Source of the DNA: an uncultured bacterium
Lineage (GTDB): Bacteria; Babelota; Babeliae; Babelales; RVW-14
Direction: 5' to 3'
NCBI GenBank assembly: GCA_963759805.1
Contig: CAVXAT010000002.1
Location: 32,001 to 96,000 of the forward strand
Length of the DNA stretch: 64,000 nucleotides
The notes beneath the pieces were generated by a model. That model was not told where the DNA came from and ran no database searches. It saw only the letters and a program-made list of their open reading frames with translations. Every line of letters starts with the position of its first letter. Within the stretch, counting starts at the first letter, position 1. The translations under genes and the position numbers were made by a program. Below are positions 19,154 through 30,500 of this stretch, piece by piece.

Positions 19154-20764
19154 TAGCCCCTCCAATAATTTAGATTTTTTATAGAAGAAGCGATCTGAAA
19201 GCATCTCTTCATCCTTCAAAAGCTTCTCAATTGAAAGTACCGCACATAATTTATCATCCGTCGTAATAGTTATATAACCACTCTGCTTGCCCTTAAGCAC
19301 AGCAGCTCTAAATTCAGCCAACGTCTTAATCTCTTCCCCATTGATTTCTGTAATTATATCACCCGGACGTAAAATTCTGGTTTTACGCGCCTGAGAATTT
19401 GGCAAAACATGCGAAATAATAACTGCAGGATCGTACTGAATATCAACACGCATGTATTTGACTAAATTCGAAGCGCTGTTAATCAATTTTTGTACGTGAT
19501 TCAATGTCAACTGCATAACAACCATTCCACCTATAACTTCGTAATCAGTCATATCCGGTTCAAATTCAGGATAAACGGCACGAACCTCAGGAATATATTT
19601 GTGTTCAAGCGGAAATGTAAAAACTCTCGCAGCCCCCTTGCGATACATCAGTAATCTTAGATTGTCCCCCACCTTCATTCTATTCAAAAGTTCAAATAAC
19701 GAAACTTTATCTTCACTCCATGGCACATTCATCTCACCATACATATCAACCTTATATCCGTTGATCTCATAAAGCATGTCACCGTCTTTTACGCCAACAC
19801 CACTGAGCAGAGTATTCTCAAAAACTTTAGCAACATACCAGCCACCCTCTTCCGGATTTCCAAGATAATCAACAAGTTCAGGTGTTGAAGCGGTAAACAG
19901 ACATCCAAGCGTTGGACGACGAAGCAATTTAACTTTATATAAATCCTTCAGTGCAGTTTTAACCTCATTAATTGGAACAATATATCCAACATTTTGAGCA
20001 TCTGCAATTATGCAGGTGTTAATACCAATGACTTCACCCTCAACATTAAGAGAAGGCCCACCGGAATTTCCAGGATTGAGCGGAGCGGTTATCTGAATAT
20101 ATCCAAAGTTTCCATGACGCTCACGACCACTAACAATTCCCAACGTACTTTTTAATCTGAATTGAGCCAGAGGATATCCCAGCGCAAGAACCTCTTGTGA
20201 GCGTAAAATTTGATCAGAATCACCAAGAGCCAGATAAGAAATTGTTTTCAATTTTGTCTGTATCTTTTTCTTGGACTCATCTGTTAGCTTTAACAAAGCA
20301 ATATCACGCTCAGGGCTGACACCAACAATTTGAGCATCAAAACGCTCCATTCCAAAAGATGGAATTTGAATTTGAACACTTATGGCCTGAGCAATAACAT
20401 GGTAATTTGTAATCAAATCTCCCTCGGCGTTAATGAAAAAACCACTACCGGCGCCTTCATTCTGGCTGGGAGTTTTGTAGGGCTCCGTCCAGTTAAACTC
20501 AGATGTTTGTGAAAATACCTGTACGACGGTATCCTTCACCTGCTTCTGCACATCAAGCCAAGTTTTTCCCGTCTTTTGCGAAACTACCCTTGAAGGAGTA
20601 ATCTTTGTCTCTTTATTTGCATCTGCTGTTTTTTCTATGTCTACGGCCTGTCGATATTTTCTGAATGCAAGTCTATTCATAAAACTTGTATATAATACAT
20701 AAACCGCAATTACGGCGACAAGTGTCAACAGAATGGACAGCCCACTCTTTTTAAAACTTTGCAT
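19148..20764 (-). CDS. HtrA/DegP-like serine protease with PDZ domains
   Basis: GSGF, TNYHVI, DIALL, NPGNSGGP catalytic motifs; PDZ-like C-terminus; N-terminal TM. Confidence 0.9.
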   Translation of the reverse strand: MQSFKKSGLSILLTLVAVIAVYVLYTSFMNRLAFRKYRQAVDIEKTADANKETKITPSRVVSQKTGKTWLDVQKQVKDTVVQVFSQTSEFNWTEPYKTPSQNEGAGSGFFINAEGDLITNYHVIAQAISVQIQIPSFGMERFDAQIVGVSPERDIALLKLTDESKKKIQTKLKTISYLALGDSDQILRSQEVLALGYPLAQFRLKSTLGIVSGRERHGNFGYIQITAPLNPGNSGGPSLNVEGEVIGINTCIIADAQNVGYIVPINEVKTALKDLYKVKLLRRPTLGCLFTASTPELVDYLGNPEEGGWYVAKVFENTLLSGVGVKDGDMLYEINGYKVDMYGEMNVPWSEDKVSLFELLNRMKVGDNLRLLMYRKGAARVFTFPLEHKYIPEVRAVYPEFEPDMTDYEVIGGMVVMQLTLNHVQKLINSASNLVKYMRVDIQYDPAVIISHVLPNSQARKTRILRPGDIITEINGEEIKTLAEFRAAVLKGKQSGYITITTDDKLCAVLSIEKLLKDEEMLSDRFFYKKSKLLEGLA

Positions 20765-20862
20765 TAAAAAAGCCTTTCAATTCTGGAACTAATTCAGCGA
20801 TATTTAATTTATAATTCTAACAAAATGAAAGAAAAACACCACGCTTTGTGGATAAATTTAAG

Positions 20863-21729
20863 TTACTTGTGAAAAATCGATTCCTGTAGGGCATCATGAA
20901 CTTCACACGAACAAGATTCGTGATCCTGAGCTTCATGTCTCTGAAATCTAAATTTTAGATATAGAAAAATTTGGGATATTTTAATAAAAATAGCTTTGCA
21001 CAATGCAAAGGCAATGTAAGCAGCATAAATAAAGAATAAAACCTTTATACATCCAAACACCATTGCAAACGCTACAAAAATAATTCCGGCCAAGGCATAA
21101 AAGCCTTTTCTAATGTGTTTAAATGTTGGAATTCTTACCGAACATATCATCAATCCGGACAGAACAATCATGGCAAAGGCCAAAGCAAACAAAGAAAAAA
21201 GCGATTTAAACGACACTTGATGCATATTCAGAATAAGTGAGGCGAGAAAACAGGCTGCAAATGGGGTTGGAACTCCGATGAAAGACTTTGACTGCTCGTT
21301 ATGCGTTATATTAAATTTTGCAAGGCGTAACAGGCCGCATGCTAGGAAAAGACCACAAATTCCCATACCGATTACACCAAATTTTTTAAGCTGCCAACAG
21401 TAGACCAAAAATGCCGGAGCAAGGCAAAAAGTTATGGCATCGGACAATGAATCAAGTTGTAGGCCAAACTCGCTTGATGAACGAACCCAACGAGCAACCT
21501 GACCATCAAGCGCGTCCATTAAAGCACCAAGAAAAATACAAAATGCCGCTGCAACCCAGGCCTCACGCGCTGCAAAAATTATAGAACAAAAACCAAAAAA
21601 CGAGTTGCCTAACGTGAAAATGTTTGGGATAACACGCAAACCCCTACGAAATGGAATTGGGCGAAAATTGAACCCTTTTCTACCTCTTCCAAATCGATGG
21701 GTACATTTTGATTTAAAATTTAAAGCCAT
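20863..21729 (-). CDS. pssA: CDP-diacylglycerol--serine O-phosphatidyltransferase
   Basis: IPN.FTLGN, D.LDG.VAR....S.FG..LDSL.D...F..APA, LRLA.FN, F.G.PTP; start at ATG 21729 after a GGGGG RBS. Confidence 0.88.
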   Translation of the reverse strand: MALNFKSKCTHRFGRGRKGFNFRPIPFRRGLRVIPNIFTLGNSFFGFCSIIFAAREAWVAAAFCIFLGALMDALDGQVARWVRSSSEFGLQLDSLSDAITFCLAPAFLVYCWQLKKFGVIGMGICGLFLACGLLRLAKFNITHNEQSKSFIGVPTPFAACFLASLILNMHQVSFKSLFSLFALAFAMIVLSGLMICSVRIPTFKHIRKGFYALAGIIFVAFAMVFGCIKVLFFIYAAYIAFALCKAIFIKISQIFLYLKFRFQRHEAQDHESCSCEVHDALQESIFHK

Positions 21730-21789
21730 AAAACCCCCTTGGTTTTTGTTATCAACTAGAACTCTTCTGTAACTATGCACTTTTTACTA

Positions 21790-21837
21790 GCCCGCTCGTG
21801 GTGAGCTTGTCGAACCATCGCCCTATGGGCGACGGGC
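21790..21837. mobile_element. Minimal 48-bp palindromic element (no nested unit) between grpE and pssA
   Basis: gcccg...cgggc ends; core gctcgtggtgagcttgtcgaaccatc shared with copies at 3973, 9678 and 55602. Confidence 0.85.
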
Positions 21838-21859
21838 AAAGTTAGGAAAAAAGTCTCTT

Positions 21860-22498
21860 TCATTTCGCAACAACCACTTGAGCGTACTTAATAACTTTAT
21901 CTTTGAATCGATAACCCTTACTCATCACCTCAATGATCTGCCCTGATTTATGCCCAACTGAATCAATTTGTGCAACAGCTTCGTGAAGTTCCGGGTTAAA
22001 AACTCCAGAAGCAGAGATCTCTTCAACGCCCAACTCTTGCAAAGCTTTTTTAAAATTCTTCTGCACGACAGATAACCCATCAATCCATTGTACAACAGCA
22101 GGCTGGTCACTCACAATTGATGAACTTAGGGCTCTATCCAAATCTTCAATAACAGGAACTAATTTCAAAATTATAGACTCTTGTGCAACGGCAGTCCACT
22201 CTGCCCTTTGTTTCTCAACCCTTCGCTGGTAATTCTGCAAATCGGCAGAGACACGTAAAAATAGATCTTTGTAATTAGGCTGCTCGGCTTTAGATTCGAC
22301 TTTTGGCTCAGTTTTTTGTTCAGTCTTTTCTTGCAATTCAACTTTTTCTTGTTGCACAGCTTGCTCTAGCTGTTCACCCTTTTCTGGTTGCACAACTTGT
22401 TCATGTTTCGAGGCCGCAACAACTGCTGGCTCTGTGTTCACAGATTCAGTTTTCTCAGAATTTGAGTCATTATGCCCGTTTTTACCGCTGTTATCCAT
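21860..22498 (-). CDS. grpE: Nucleotide exchange factor GrpE
   Basis: LR..AD.QNY.RR, L.PV..D.DRAL, F.PELHEA, KGY....VI..A.V.V. Confidence 0.93.
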   Translation of the reverse strand: MDNSGKNGHNDSNSEKTESVNTEPAVVAASKHEQVVQPEKGEQLEQAVQQEKVELQEKTEQKTEPKVESKAEQPNYKDLFLRVSADLQNYQRRVEKQRAEWTAVAQESIILKLVPVIEDLDRALSSSIVSDQPAVVQWIDGLSVVQKNFKKALQELGVEEISASGVFNPELHEAVAQIDSVGHKSGQIIEVMSKGYRFKDKVIKYAQVVVAK

Positions 22499-22547
22499 TT
22501 TAACCTGCCCTTTTCAACCTGAAAATCGTATTTTATTATTCCGAATT

Positions 22548-22581
22548 GTCATCCTGAACTCGTTTCAGGATCCATGGATCC
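22548..22581. repeat. REP-like palindrome of a second type
   Basis: gtc-atcctgaa-ctcgt-ttcaggat-cc followed by atggatcc; single copy in this window. Confidence 0.5.
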
Positions 22582-22921
22582 TATGTTTTCCACATATTCT
22601 ATCAATATTAACAGCTTTATTATAAATAAAAACCGCTCAAAAATAAAGAAACCCCCACTTTAAACCAAAAATCAGGTGCACAGTATAATTGTTATAATTT
22701 TTTTTATAATTTTTTTAAAATCGTTTTTTGATAGAAAACTGCAGCTTTTCGCATTTTTTGTTTCAACTATTCCTGATGCAACCATAAAAACTTCAAAACT
22801 TATTACAGCGTGAAAACTTTCTCCCACATGGCCTTTGACGAGCACGTTTTAATGCGCTAAATTACAAATAGATGTAAATTGTTTTTTTACAAAAACGGTT
22901 ATTTATTAATAGGAGGTTATC

Positions 22922-25900
22922 ATGAAAAAGATTTTTCATGTTTTTTCGATGTTACTGTTGTTAGGTTCGTTACAAGTTGATCTTTGCGCAATGCAGGAAC
23001 CAGATGATGCAACGACTCCCGTTGAAATACCAGTAGATCATCCAAATTCCGGCCTGATAAACGGCCAGAGCATCTGTTATCTAAACGCTGTAATTCAATG
23101 TCTTTCAAATCTTAAAACTTTCAGAGAAAAATTGTTAGCCCACGAAGACACTTATCAGAACAATCCTCTTGTTTTAAATTTAATCAGATTATTCAAAGAC
23201 TTAAGAACAACCACAGAACCTGCAATACAAAATGACACCTTGATTGGCCATGTAAAAACGTTAATCACAAATCAATCAGGAAATGCACGAGAACACTTTC
23301 AAGATGCGGATGAAATTCTAACTCTGTTGTTAGGACAAATTAACAAACCAAACAAAATTTCTTTAGAGTTACAACTTGATCAGAAAGTTAAATGCCTTGG
23401 AGCTCATGGTGCAGCCGGTTGTCAGCACGAATCCCCAAAACATGAGACGCATGAAACAATTGCATTACCACTTGATGAAATTGCCACTCAAAATACACTT
23501 CAAGCATTGCTTGAAAGCTTTTTTACATCATCATTCGCACATGATTATGTTTGTGATGGTTGTGGTAAAAAAAATACATCTTTTAAAACTTCTAGAATTT
23601 CAAAAAACCAAGATGAATTAATTATCACGTTAAAAAGATTCAATTCAGATGGGACCAAGATAGATACATCTATTTCATTTCCAATGGAACTCGATTTAAA
23701 GCCTTATTCAACAGATGGGCTAAAACAACAAGCCGGCGTAGATCTTTCATATGAATTAGTTGGTTTTGTTTGTCATGGCGGTAACCATTATATTTCATTT
23801 GTAAGAGATTTTGGAAATGGGGAATGGTACATGTATAACGATTCGGCAGTCAGCGATGAAATAAATTTGCAACTTATACAAGGGATTACCACGACAGGTA
23901 GTTTTTCACTAAATTCTCAAATTTTCACACCATACATTTTGTTTTATCAAAAAAATGGAATCGGGGGGCAAACGCTTGCTCATCCAACAGCACAACAATC
24001 TGTAGATCAAGATGAAGGCGAAGATTGGGATTCATCAGATGGCGAGGATGAACTTCAGCCGCCAACAACTAAAGGCTTTTTTAGCTGGTTTCTTGGATGG
24101 GCTACCGGTAACAACCAAAGAGAAGACGAGCGAAGAAAACAAGAAGAGGTTAAATTGCAAGAAGAGGCGATAAAGAAACGTCAAGAGGAGAAACTAAGGA
24201 TGCGAAGGGAAACTAGACTACAAGAAGAAGTGATAGAAAAACGCCAAAACCTAGGACTCATGAAAGTCGAAGCACTCCCATATTTAAATTCAGTCGTACA
24301 GTGTCTTTCGAATCTTAAAAAATTTAAGACTAAACTATTTGCAAGTGAAAATGATTATAAAGATGATTTTTTAATTCTTAGCCTTATTAATCTTATCAAA
24401 AGACTGAAGAATTCTAGCGAATCATTAGGAAATCAAGATTTTGTAGAGCAAGCAAAGATTTTGGTGCAACAAAGTAAAAATAATGAAGTTGCACTTCAGG
24501 TGGCAGATGAATTTTTAAATTTGTTATTTGATCGTCTGCATACCCAAGACATGGAACCTCTTAATCTCCTAATTAATATAATTACCCAGTGCATAAAAAA
24601 CAAAGATATATCAGGTTGCGAATATTCTTTAGATGAAGATGGAGTTGTGCAACCCAAGACAAGCCTATGTTTTAAAGAATTAAAAAGTGTCCAAGAAATT
24701 TTGGCAAAGCAATTTTCACCTTCTTTTGATAAAGGGTACACCTGCAAATGTTGTCATAAAGCTGGAACTTCTGTTATTACACAGAAATTTTTACGCTGCC
24801 CTTCCGAATTAATAATTTCTTTACAACGATTTGATTCATCTGGAAATAAAGATTTATCGCCAGTTATTTTACCATTGATACTTGATTTGACCCCTTATCT
24901 TAGCCATGAATTACTACAACAAATCGATCAGGCTCCGTATGAATTAGTGGGCATTGTTTGTTGCAATCGAAACTCTCAATATTATTCTTACATGAAAAAT
25001 ATTGCATCAGATAAATGGTTCCGGTACAACGATGAGTCCGTTGTAGAGGTCAGCAATCAAGAAATTAAAACGCTGGCAGATTCCGGAATAGATTCGCAAA
25101 ATTTTGTGCCATACATTTTATTTTATGAATTAAAGGAGTCCGAATGCCATACAAGTGCATCTCAAGCGCAACAAAGTTCAACTGCAACGAAAGATCAAAG
25201 ATCAAACGCTAAAAACACACAAGAAATAATGGCTCAAATGACGAAACTTTGGAATATAAAGAAGCAACAAGAACGGGACCTTAAACGTGCTCAGGGCGTT
25301 GCAAAATCGGCTGATAAAAATCTAGTTAATGCGCAGTTGGATGGAGCCGATTTAACCGATTTGGATTTGAATGGGGCAGATTTAACGGGTGCGTCTTTAA
25401 TCGGTGCAACATTGGTTAGAACAAAATTGAATGGCACAATTTTGGCCAATGCAAAGTTAAATAATGCAATTATTTCGGATGTTCAATTATGCAATGCGAC
25501 ACTAAAAAACACAGATTTGAATAATTCAACAATAACGAATATAACCGCTCATAACATAACTATCTCAGATGGTACAAAATTTGAGAATGCAACAATAAGC
25601 TCGCTAAATCTAAAAAATATCAAACTACAAAATGTGTCTTTTGCAAATGCAACATTAAAAAATATCACATTTTCAACCTCATTAATTGATCATGTAAATA
25701 TGGCACACATACAAGCTGAGGAGTTATATTTAAATGAATCTTCGCTGACAAACATAGATTTCAGCAGGGCTTGCATTGTAGGTCTTGATATAAGCAATGC
25801 AAACATCATAGGAGATTGGTTAAATTTCAGATATGCAACGATAAAAACGGGGTGCATTAGGGGAACAACCACATCTAGAAGACCTAGCCCTGGCGAACGC

Positions 25901-26512
25901 TCAGATGGCATCACAGAAAAAGAAAATACAGGACTAATAATGGATACAGTAGGCGTTTCAACACTTGTGACATCTACAGCTTTTGGTACTGTTACTATTC
26001 CTATTCCGATTGTTGGATCTGCCGCTGGATTTTTCTATGGATTGTTTTTGGTTGGAGTTGAGCTTATCATTCACGATGAATACCTCGACTCAAAAAAAGA
26101 TTTTGGCGCTTCAAATATTAACAGCATTTTGCTCAATTCCGATTTTTATGGAGCATCATTACAAGACGTGATTGTGCAACATGTAAAGCTTGGTAATTGT
26201 ATGAATATTGGAAGAATTAGAAAAGCAGTTGGAACCAATTTTGATAACATTGTAAGTAGCAATCCAAAGGATTTGGACGATTTAAGACACAAGGGCGCTT
26301 GTGTAAATGAAATTCCATCAGACGAATTTAAAGTACTATGGCCTACAAAAGGAAACGATCAGAAAGTTTTTTGGGTCAAGCTACTTGCTGGTGCTGCGCA
26401 TGGAACCCTCTCAGGCACCATATCAAAAGTTGAGACAAATTTACGGGACAAACAACAAGAGGCAAAGTATAAGTCTTTTATATCTGAAGAAATACAAAAA
26501 ACAAGAAAATAA
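22922..26512 (+). CDS. Exported protein: USP/peptidase C19 domain, degenerate second USP domain, pentapeptide repeats, hydrophobic tail
   Basis: Cys box GLINGQSICYLNAVIQCL, QDADE, LKRF, His box HYISFV, WY.YNDS.V, PYILFY; second copy GLMKVEALPYLNSVVQCL...LQRF...WFRYNDESV...PYILFY; A(D/N)LxG-type repeats. Confidence 0.88.
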   Translation: MKKIFHVFSMLLLLGSLQVDLCAMQEPDDATTPVEIPVDHPNSGLINGQSICYLNAVIQCLSNLKTFREKLLAHEDTYQNNPLVLNLIRLFKDLRTTTEPAIQNDTLIGHVKTLITNQSGNAREHFQDADEILTLLLGQINKPNKISLELQLDQKVKCLGAHGAAGCQHESPKHETHETIALPLDEIATQNTLQALLESFFTSSFAHDYVCDGCGKKNTSFKTSRISKNQDELIITLKRFNSDGTKIDTSISFPMELDLKPYSTDGLKQQAGVDLSYELVGFVCHGGNHYISFVRDFGNGEWYMYNDSAVSDEINLQLIQGITTTGSFSLNSQIFTPYILFYQKNGIGGQTLAHPTAQQSVDQDEGEDWDSSDGEDELQPPTTKGFFSWFLGWATGNNQREDERRKQEEVKLQEEAIKKRQEEKLRMRRETRLQEEVIEKRQNLGLMKVEALPYLNSVVQCLSNLKKFKTKLFASENDYKDDFLILSLINLIKRLKNSSESLGNQDFVEQAKILVQQSKNNEVALQVADEFLNLLFDRLHTQDMEPLNLLINIITQCIKNKDISGCEYSLDEDGVVQPKTSLCFKELKSVQEILAKQFSPSFDKGYTCKCCHKAGTSVITQKFLRCPSELIISLQRFDSSGNKDLSPVILPLILDLTPYLSHELLQQIDQAPYELVGIVCCNRNSQYYSYMKNIASDKWFRYNDESVVEVSNQEIKTLADSGIDSQNFVPYILFYELKESECHTSASQAQQSSTATKDQRSNAKNTQEIMAQMTKLWNIKKQQERDLKRAQGVAKSADKNLVNAQLDGADLTDLDLNGADLTGASLIGATLVRTKLNGTILANAKLNNAIISDVQLCNATLKNTDLNNSTITNITAHNITISDGTKFENATISSLNLKNIKLQNVSFANATLKNITFSTSLIDHVNMAHIQAEELYLNESSLTNIDFSRACIVGLDISNANIIGDWLNFRYATIKTGCIRGTTTSRRPSPGERSDGITEKENTGLIMDTVGVSTLVTSTAFGTVTIPIPIVGSAAGFFYGLFLVGVELIIHDEYLDSKKDFGASNINSILLNSDFYGASLQDVIVQHVKLGNCMNIGRIRKAVGTNFDNIVSSNPKDLDDLRHKGACVNEIPSDEFKVLWPTKGNDQKVFWVKLLAGAAHGTLSGTISKVETNLRDKQQEAKYKSFISEEIQKTRK

Positions 26513-26537
26513 AGAATAATAAAGTTAGGAGGTTATC

Positions 26538-27524
26538 ATGAAATTCAAAAATGTTTTTTCACTCATTTTAATTTTAAACGCTGCAAACTTATTTGCATAT
26601 GACCAACAAACATATAAAGAACTGCTTGCTGGTGGCAAAAGGTTTGCAAATGCAGACTTGTCAAAAGCAAAAATCGAAAATATGGATTTATCAGATGTTA
26701 CTTTTGTGAATGTAAATTTAACTGATGCATGCTTTCATAATTCGATGCTTACAAATGTCACATTTGATTCATGTAATTTATCGGGTTCTATATTTTATGA
26801 TATGGTATTTAATAATTCCAAAATTTTAAACAAATCTAATTTGGCACATTCTATTTTTGAAAAGGTAATTTTTGATAGCTCAGAAATAAATAATTCATCA
26901 ATGGCTCATGTCAAATTGTCAGAAACTGATCTTGTGGCAGCTAGAATTTACAATGTTGACATGTACAACACCAAGCTTGAGTCTGTAAATTTTTCTGCGT
27001 GTACCCTGGAGCATATAAATTTCAGGGCAGCCAAACTCGAATTGGTAAGAATCTACGAAACAACTCAGATTGGTACTGATCTGATCTTTGATCAAGCAAC
27101 TCTTTCACAGTGCTGTTTCCTAGGCCAAAAGGAACGCAGTTCAGTTATAGGGGGCGACTTTTTTGGCACGACTATTATGCATAGCTACTTTGTAAATCTA
27201 AATTTTGATAACTGTACACGCTTAGATCAAGTTGGCGATGCAACAAAAAGTTTATTCGACAATATTTCCTCTATTAGTCCAAATGACCTAAGAATATTTG
27301 CTGAAAGGCTGAAATTTAAAGAGGCAAAAGTCAATGGCGAATGGACTAAAGACAAAGACTATTGGAGTAAATTTGAATCTCATTATTGCAAGCAATTTTT
27401 TGCGGCATTGTGGCCATCAGTAGCTTATTTAGGTACTTTCGCCTTTGTTGGATTGGTTTGTCCAGCTGCTGCACCTATAGCAGCATCTGCAGTATCTGGA
27501 GGAGTATCTGCAGTAGTTAACTAA
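26538..27524 (+). CDS. Exported pentapeptide-repeat protein
   Basis: Signal peptide; ADLSK/MDLSD/VNLTD/CNLSG repeats; C-terminal region resembles the end of the upstream protein. Confidence 0.85.
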   Translation: MKFKNVFSLILILNAANLFAYDQQTYKELLAGGKRFANADLSKAKIENMDLSDVTFVNVNLTDACFHNSMLTNVTFDSCNLSGSIFYDMVFNNSKILNKSNLAHSIFEKVIFDSSEINNSSMAHVKLSETDLVAARIYNVDMYNTKLESVNFSACTLEHINFRAAKLELVRIYETTQIGTDLIFDQATLSQCCFLGQKERSSVIGGDFFGTTIMHSYFVNLNFDNCTRLDQVGDATKSLFDNISSISPNDLRIFAERLKFKEAKVNGEWTKDKDYWSKFESHYCKQFFAALWPSVAYLGTFAFVGLVCPAAAPIAASAVSGGVSAVVN

Positions 27525-27564
27525 CTATATTAAATTTAGAATACTGAAAAATTTGGAGGTTATC

Positions 27565-30500
27565 ATGAAATTTAAAAATATTTTGATTTATCTTTTTGCT
27601 GTAGGGCAGGTTGGTTTTGCATGGGGAATGGGAAGAACACAATTTGCTAGTTCGTGTACAGAGCTCTGGTTTCAGGGAAGCAGTATACAGGACCAGGCAC
27701 GTCCCACAACCTCTAGTGAATGGGGTATCAGAGTTAATTTACCTTCACGCAGCAGGTACACGAGCGAATCCTCATATTCACGGTCTAGCGGTCCTTTGAG
27801 AAAATGTTTTGCTAATTCACCAACGAAGGCTGTATTTAATTTACCTAATCTTGTGAGTTCTCATCAGTATAAAACTCTTGATAAGGCATTTAGTGCACTA
27901 CTAAATTCAGACGCTACTGTGAAAGCTGTACAAAATGACCCGAATGTTCTTGTACAATTGTATTCCGCATTGGCACAACTTCATGAGCAAATGGCTTTTC
28001 AGGATAAAAAGAACACTTTGGTTACAGATGGTACACACTGGTTTTTACAAAAACCAAATGGAAAACGGCTCGATTTAACATCAAAAGTGTCCAATGCCTC
28101 TTATGCAATAAACCAATTTGTCTATGAAATTAAAGATGAATTAGAAAGCAAAGGAATCCCTTTTGATCTTGTTTTGCGCAGCCATCGCGAATGTGTTGGT
28201 TTTTCTAAAGATGGCAAAAAAGTAATTCATCGATACTCTGGTCTCCCCGGATCCGGGCAGGAATATGTTCTTGATTTGATTGTATCCACGGAAGATGATG
28301 GATCCAAAAAGATTACTCACAAGATTAAGAATAAAAATAAAGTAAATGATAAAAATTTACGAAAACCAAAAGATGTACAACCGCCAGCTCCCACAATTCC
28401 ACATGCTCCAACTCCCACTCCAGATATCCTATACAAGGGCGTAATTTTATCCCAACAGCCTCTCTTGATTGATACAAGTGTTGATGCACGTTGTAAAGGC
28501 ACAATAAAAACTTACATGGACTCTCCTAAATTTGCCGAAAAGGCATATTCTCTTTTTAATTCCAAAGATGCATTTAGGGGAATCCGTTTTACAGAAAATG
28601 ATTTTAATTTAACAGAGAGGAGTCCTGATGGAACACTTGTCTATATTGCAGGAGCTTTAGTGGAACACGAAGATGGCACGAAAGAAGCTGGCGCTATTAG
28701 AATTGTTGTAAAACCTAATCCAGAAATGCCTGAAATAAGAGAGATACATTCTTATGTTGGAGAATTAAATAAAGATGTATCCAATGGGTTGGATGTTAAT
28801 CCGCTCACTCAGGACCGACCCGGCAAAAAGGACGATGGCGTTTCTTCTGATCCTAAAATCTCTCCCACACCTAAACACATCTTTGATATGTCAAAGCTTT
28901 TAGATTCTGATCTTAAGCAGATTGACCTACACCATTATATGTTGAATCAATCGACAAAACAATTTGTCAGATTTAACTCTCACATTGACAGCTTACAACA
29001 GGGTAGAGGAACACAAGCCGCAGATGGTTCTACTACAAAACCCCAGCAAGGTCCTAATACTGGTGCAGCTGGTGATAGAAAAGACAAAATAGCTCCCGAA
29101 AACGAATATACAGAAGCAGGTCAAACGCATAAAAACCTTGCGGGTCAGCATCAACTTGAAACTCAAGATCAAGATGATGAATTGCCCAAACAAGAATCCT
29201 CTCAGGCAGGGGCAGCTAATGTTGACGCCAAAGCTGCCGAAGAGGCAGCTGCAGCTAAAGCCCAAGCTGAAGCCGAAGAAACAGCCGCCAAAGCAGCTAA
29301 AGAAGAAGCCGACGCTATGGCAAAAAAAGCAGTCGATAAAAAAATAGCATCTGAAGCCTCAGCAAAGAAAACCAGAAGATCTAAAGCCATCCTAGCTCAA
29401 CAAAACAAAGATATAACCCAAAAATCTCTACACCAAGCTGAACAAATTGAAGCATTGGTAAATAAGGGGTTCACTAAAGATCTCGCAAAAATGAAAGTAT
29501 GCGCACCCAGAGAATACAGTGCATTTGTTAAATTGAGCGATAAACAGATTTTGCAACGTGAAGAGCTATCCACAGCTAAAACAGATGTAGGGGGCACAGC
29601 TAAGCCATCCCAGCCAGTTGAAATGTCACAACCAATCAGACTCACACTTGCAGATCGTTTTCAACAAGCAACTTCTGTTGATTCAGGAACTCAAGGAAAA
29701 CAACCAGCGCTTAATTTTTCGATAGAAGATCGAAACCGTGGATTCAAAGAGCGCATAGCACGCATGCAACAACACTCAACAAGCAGATTATCAGAACAAC
29801 CAAAAGCACCTGTAATACCAGAAGTACCGGTAAAACCAGTTGAAACGCCAACTCAGGCACCACAACCGCAACAACCAACATTTATAGAAAGAATTAGAGA
29901 GCGTGCTGCTGAAGTTATTGAAATGGCCAAAATACCAGCCCTGGAAACACTCAAAACCGTTGTGACATCTGCCACAGATAATCTTTTAAAATACTTTTTT
30001 ACTTCCCCTCCCACCATGGACGGAAAACATTTCTTTGGTGAAGGCCCAGAAGAGACAAGATATACTCCATATTTGGATAGGCCACTACTAAATTTGCAAA
30101 GTAAATTGCATCCAGACATGGAAATGCAAGACTCATCACAAAATCTAGCAACTGCAGCTGCTTCTTCTGGCGAACAGGAATATCCGATTATGTTCGATCC
30201 CACAGCTCGCCCAGTAAAAATAACGCACACTGGATATTCTTCATCTAATCCTACGGAAGTAGAAAAACCCTTTGTAATGCCTCACGATGTCGGCATTGAA
30301 GGACCAACTGCAACAACACAAACTGGTCACTTAAACCTGGAACAATTTAAACGCCACACAGACTACACGGCAAAGAAAAGTGCAGAATTGGCAGAGATTA
30401 CTCGTGATAACCCAACGCTGCAAAATACCTGCAAATTTGTGGATGCTCTGAATAGATTTGCTAACTTATATGCAGAGGCTGATGATGGGGTTGGAGCAAC

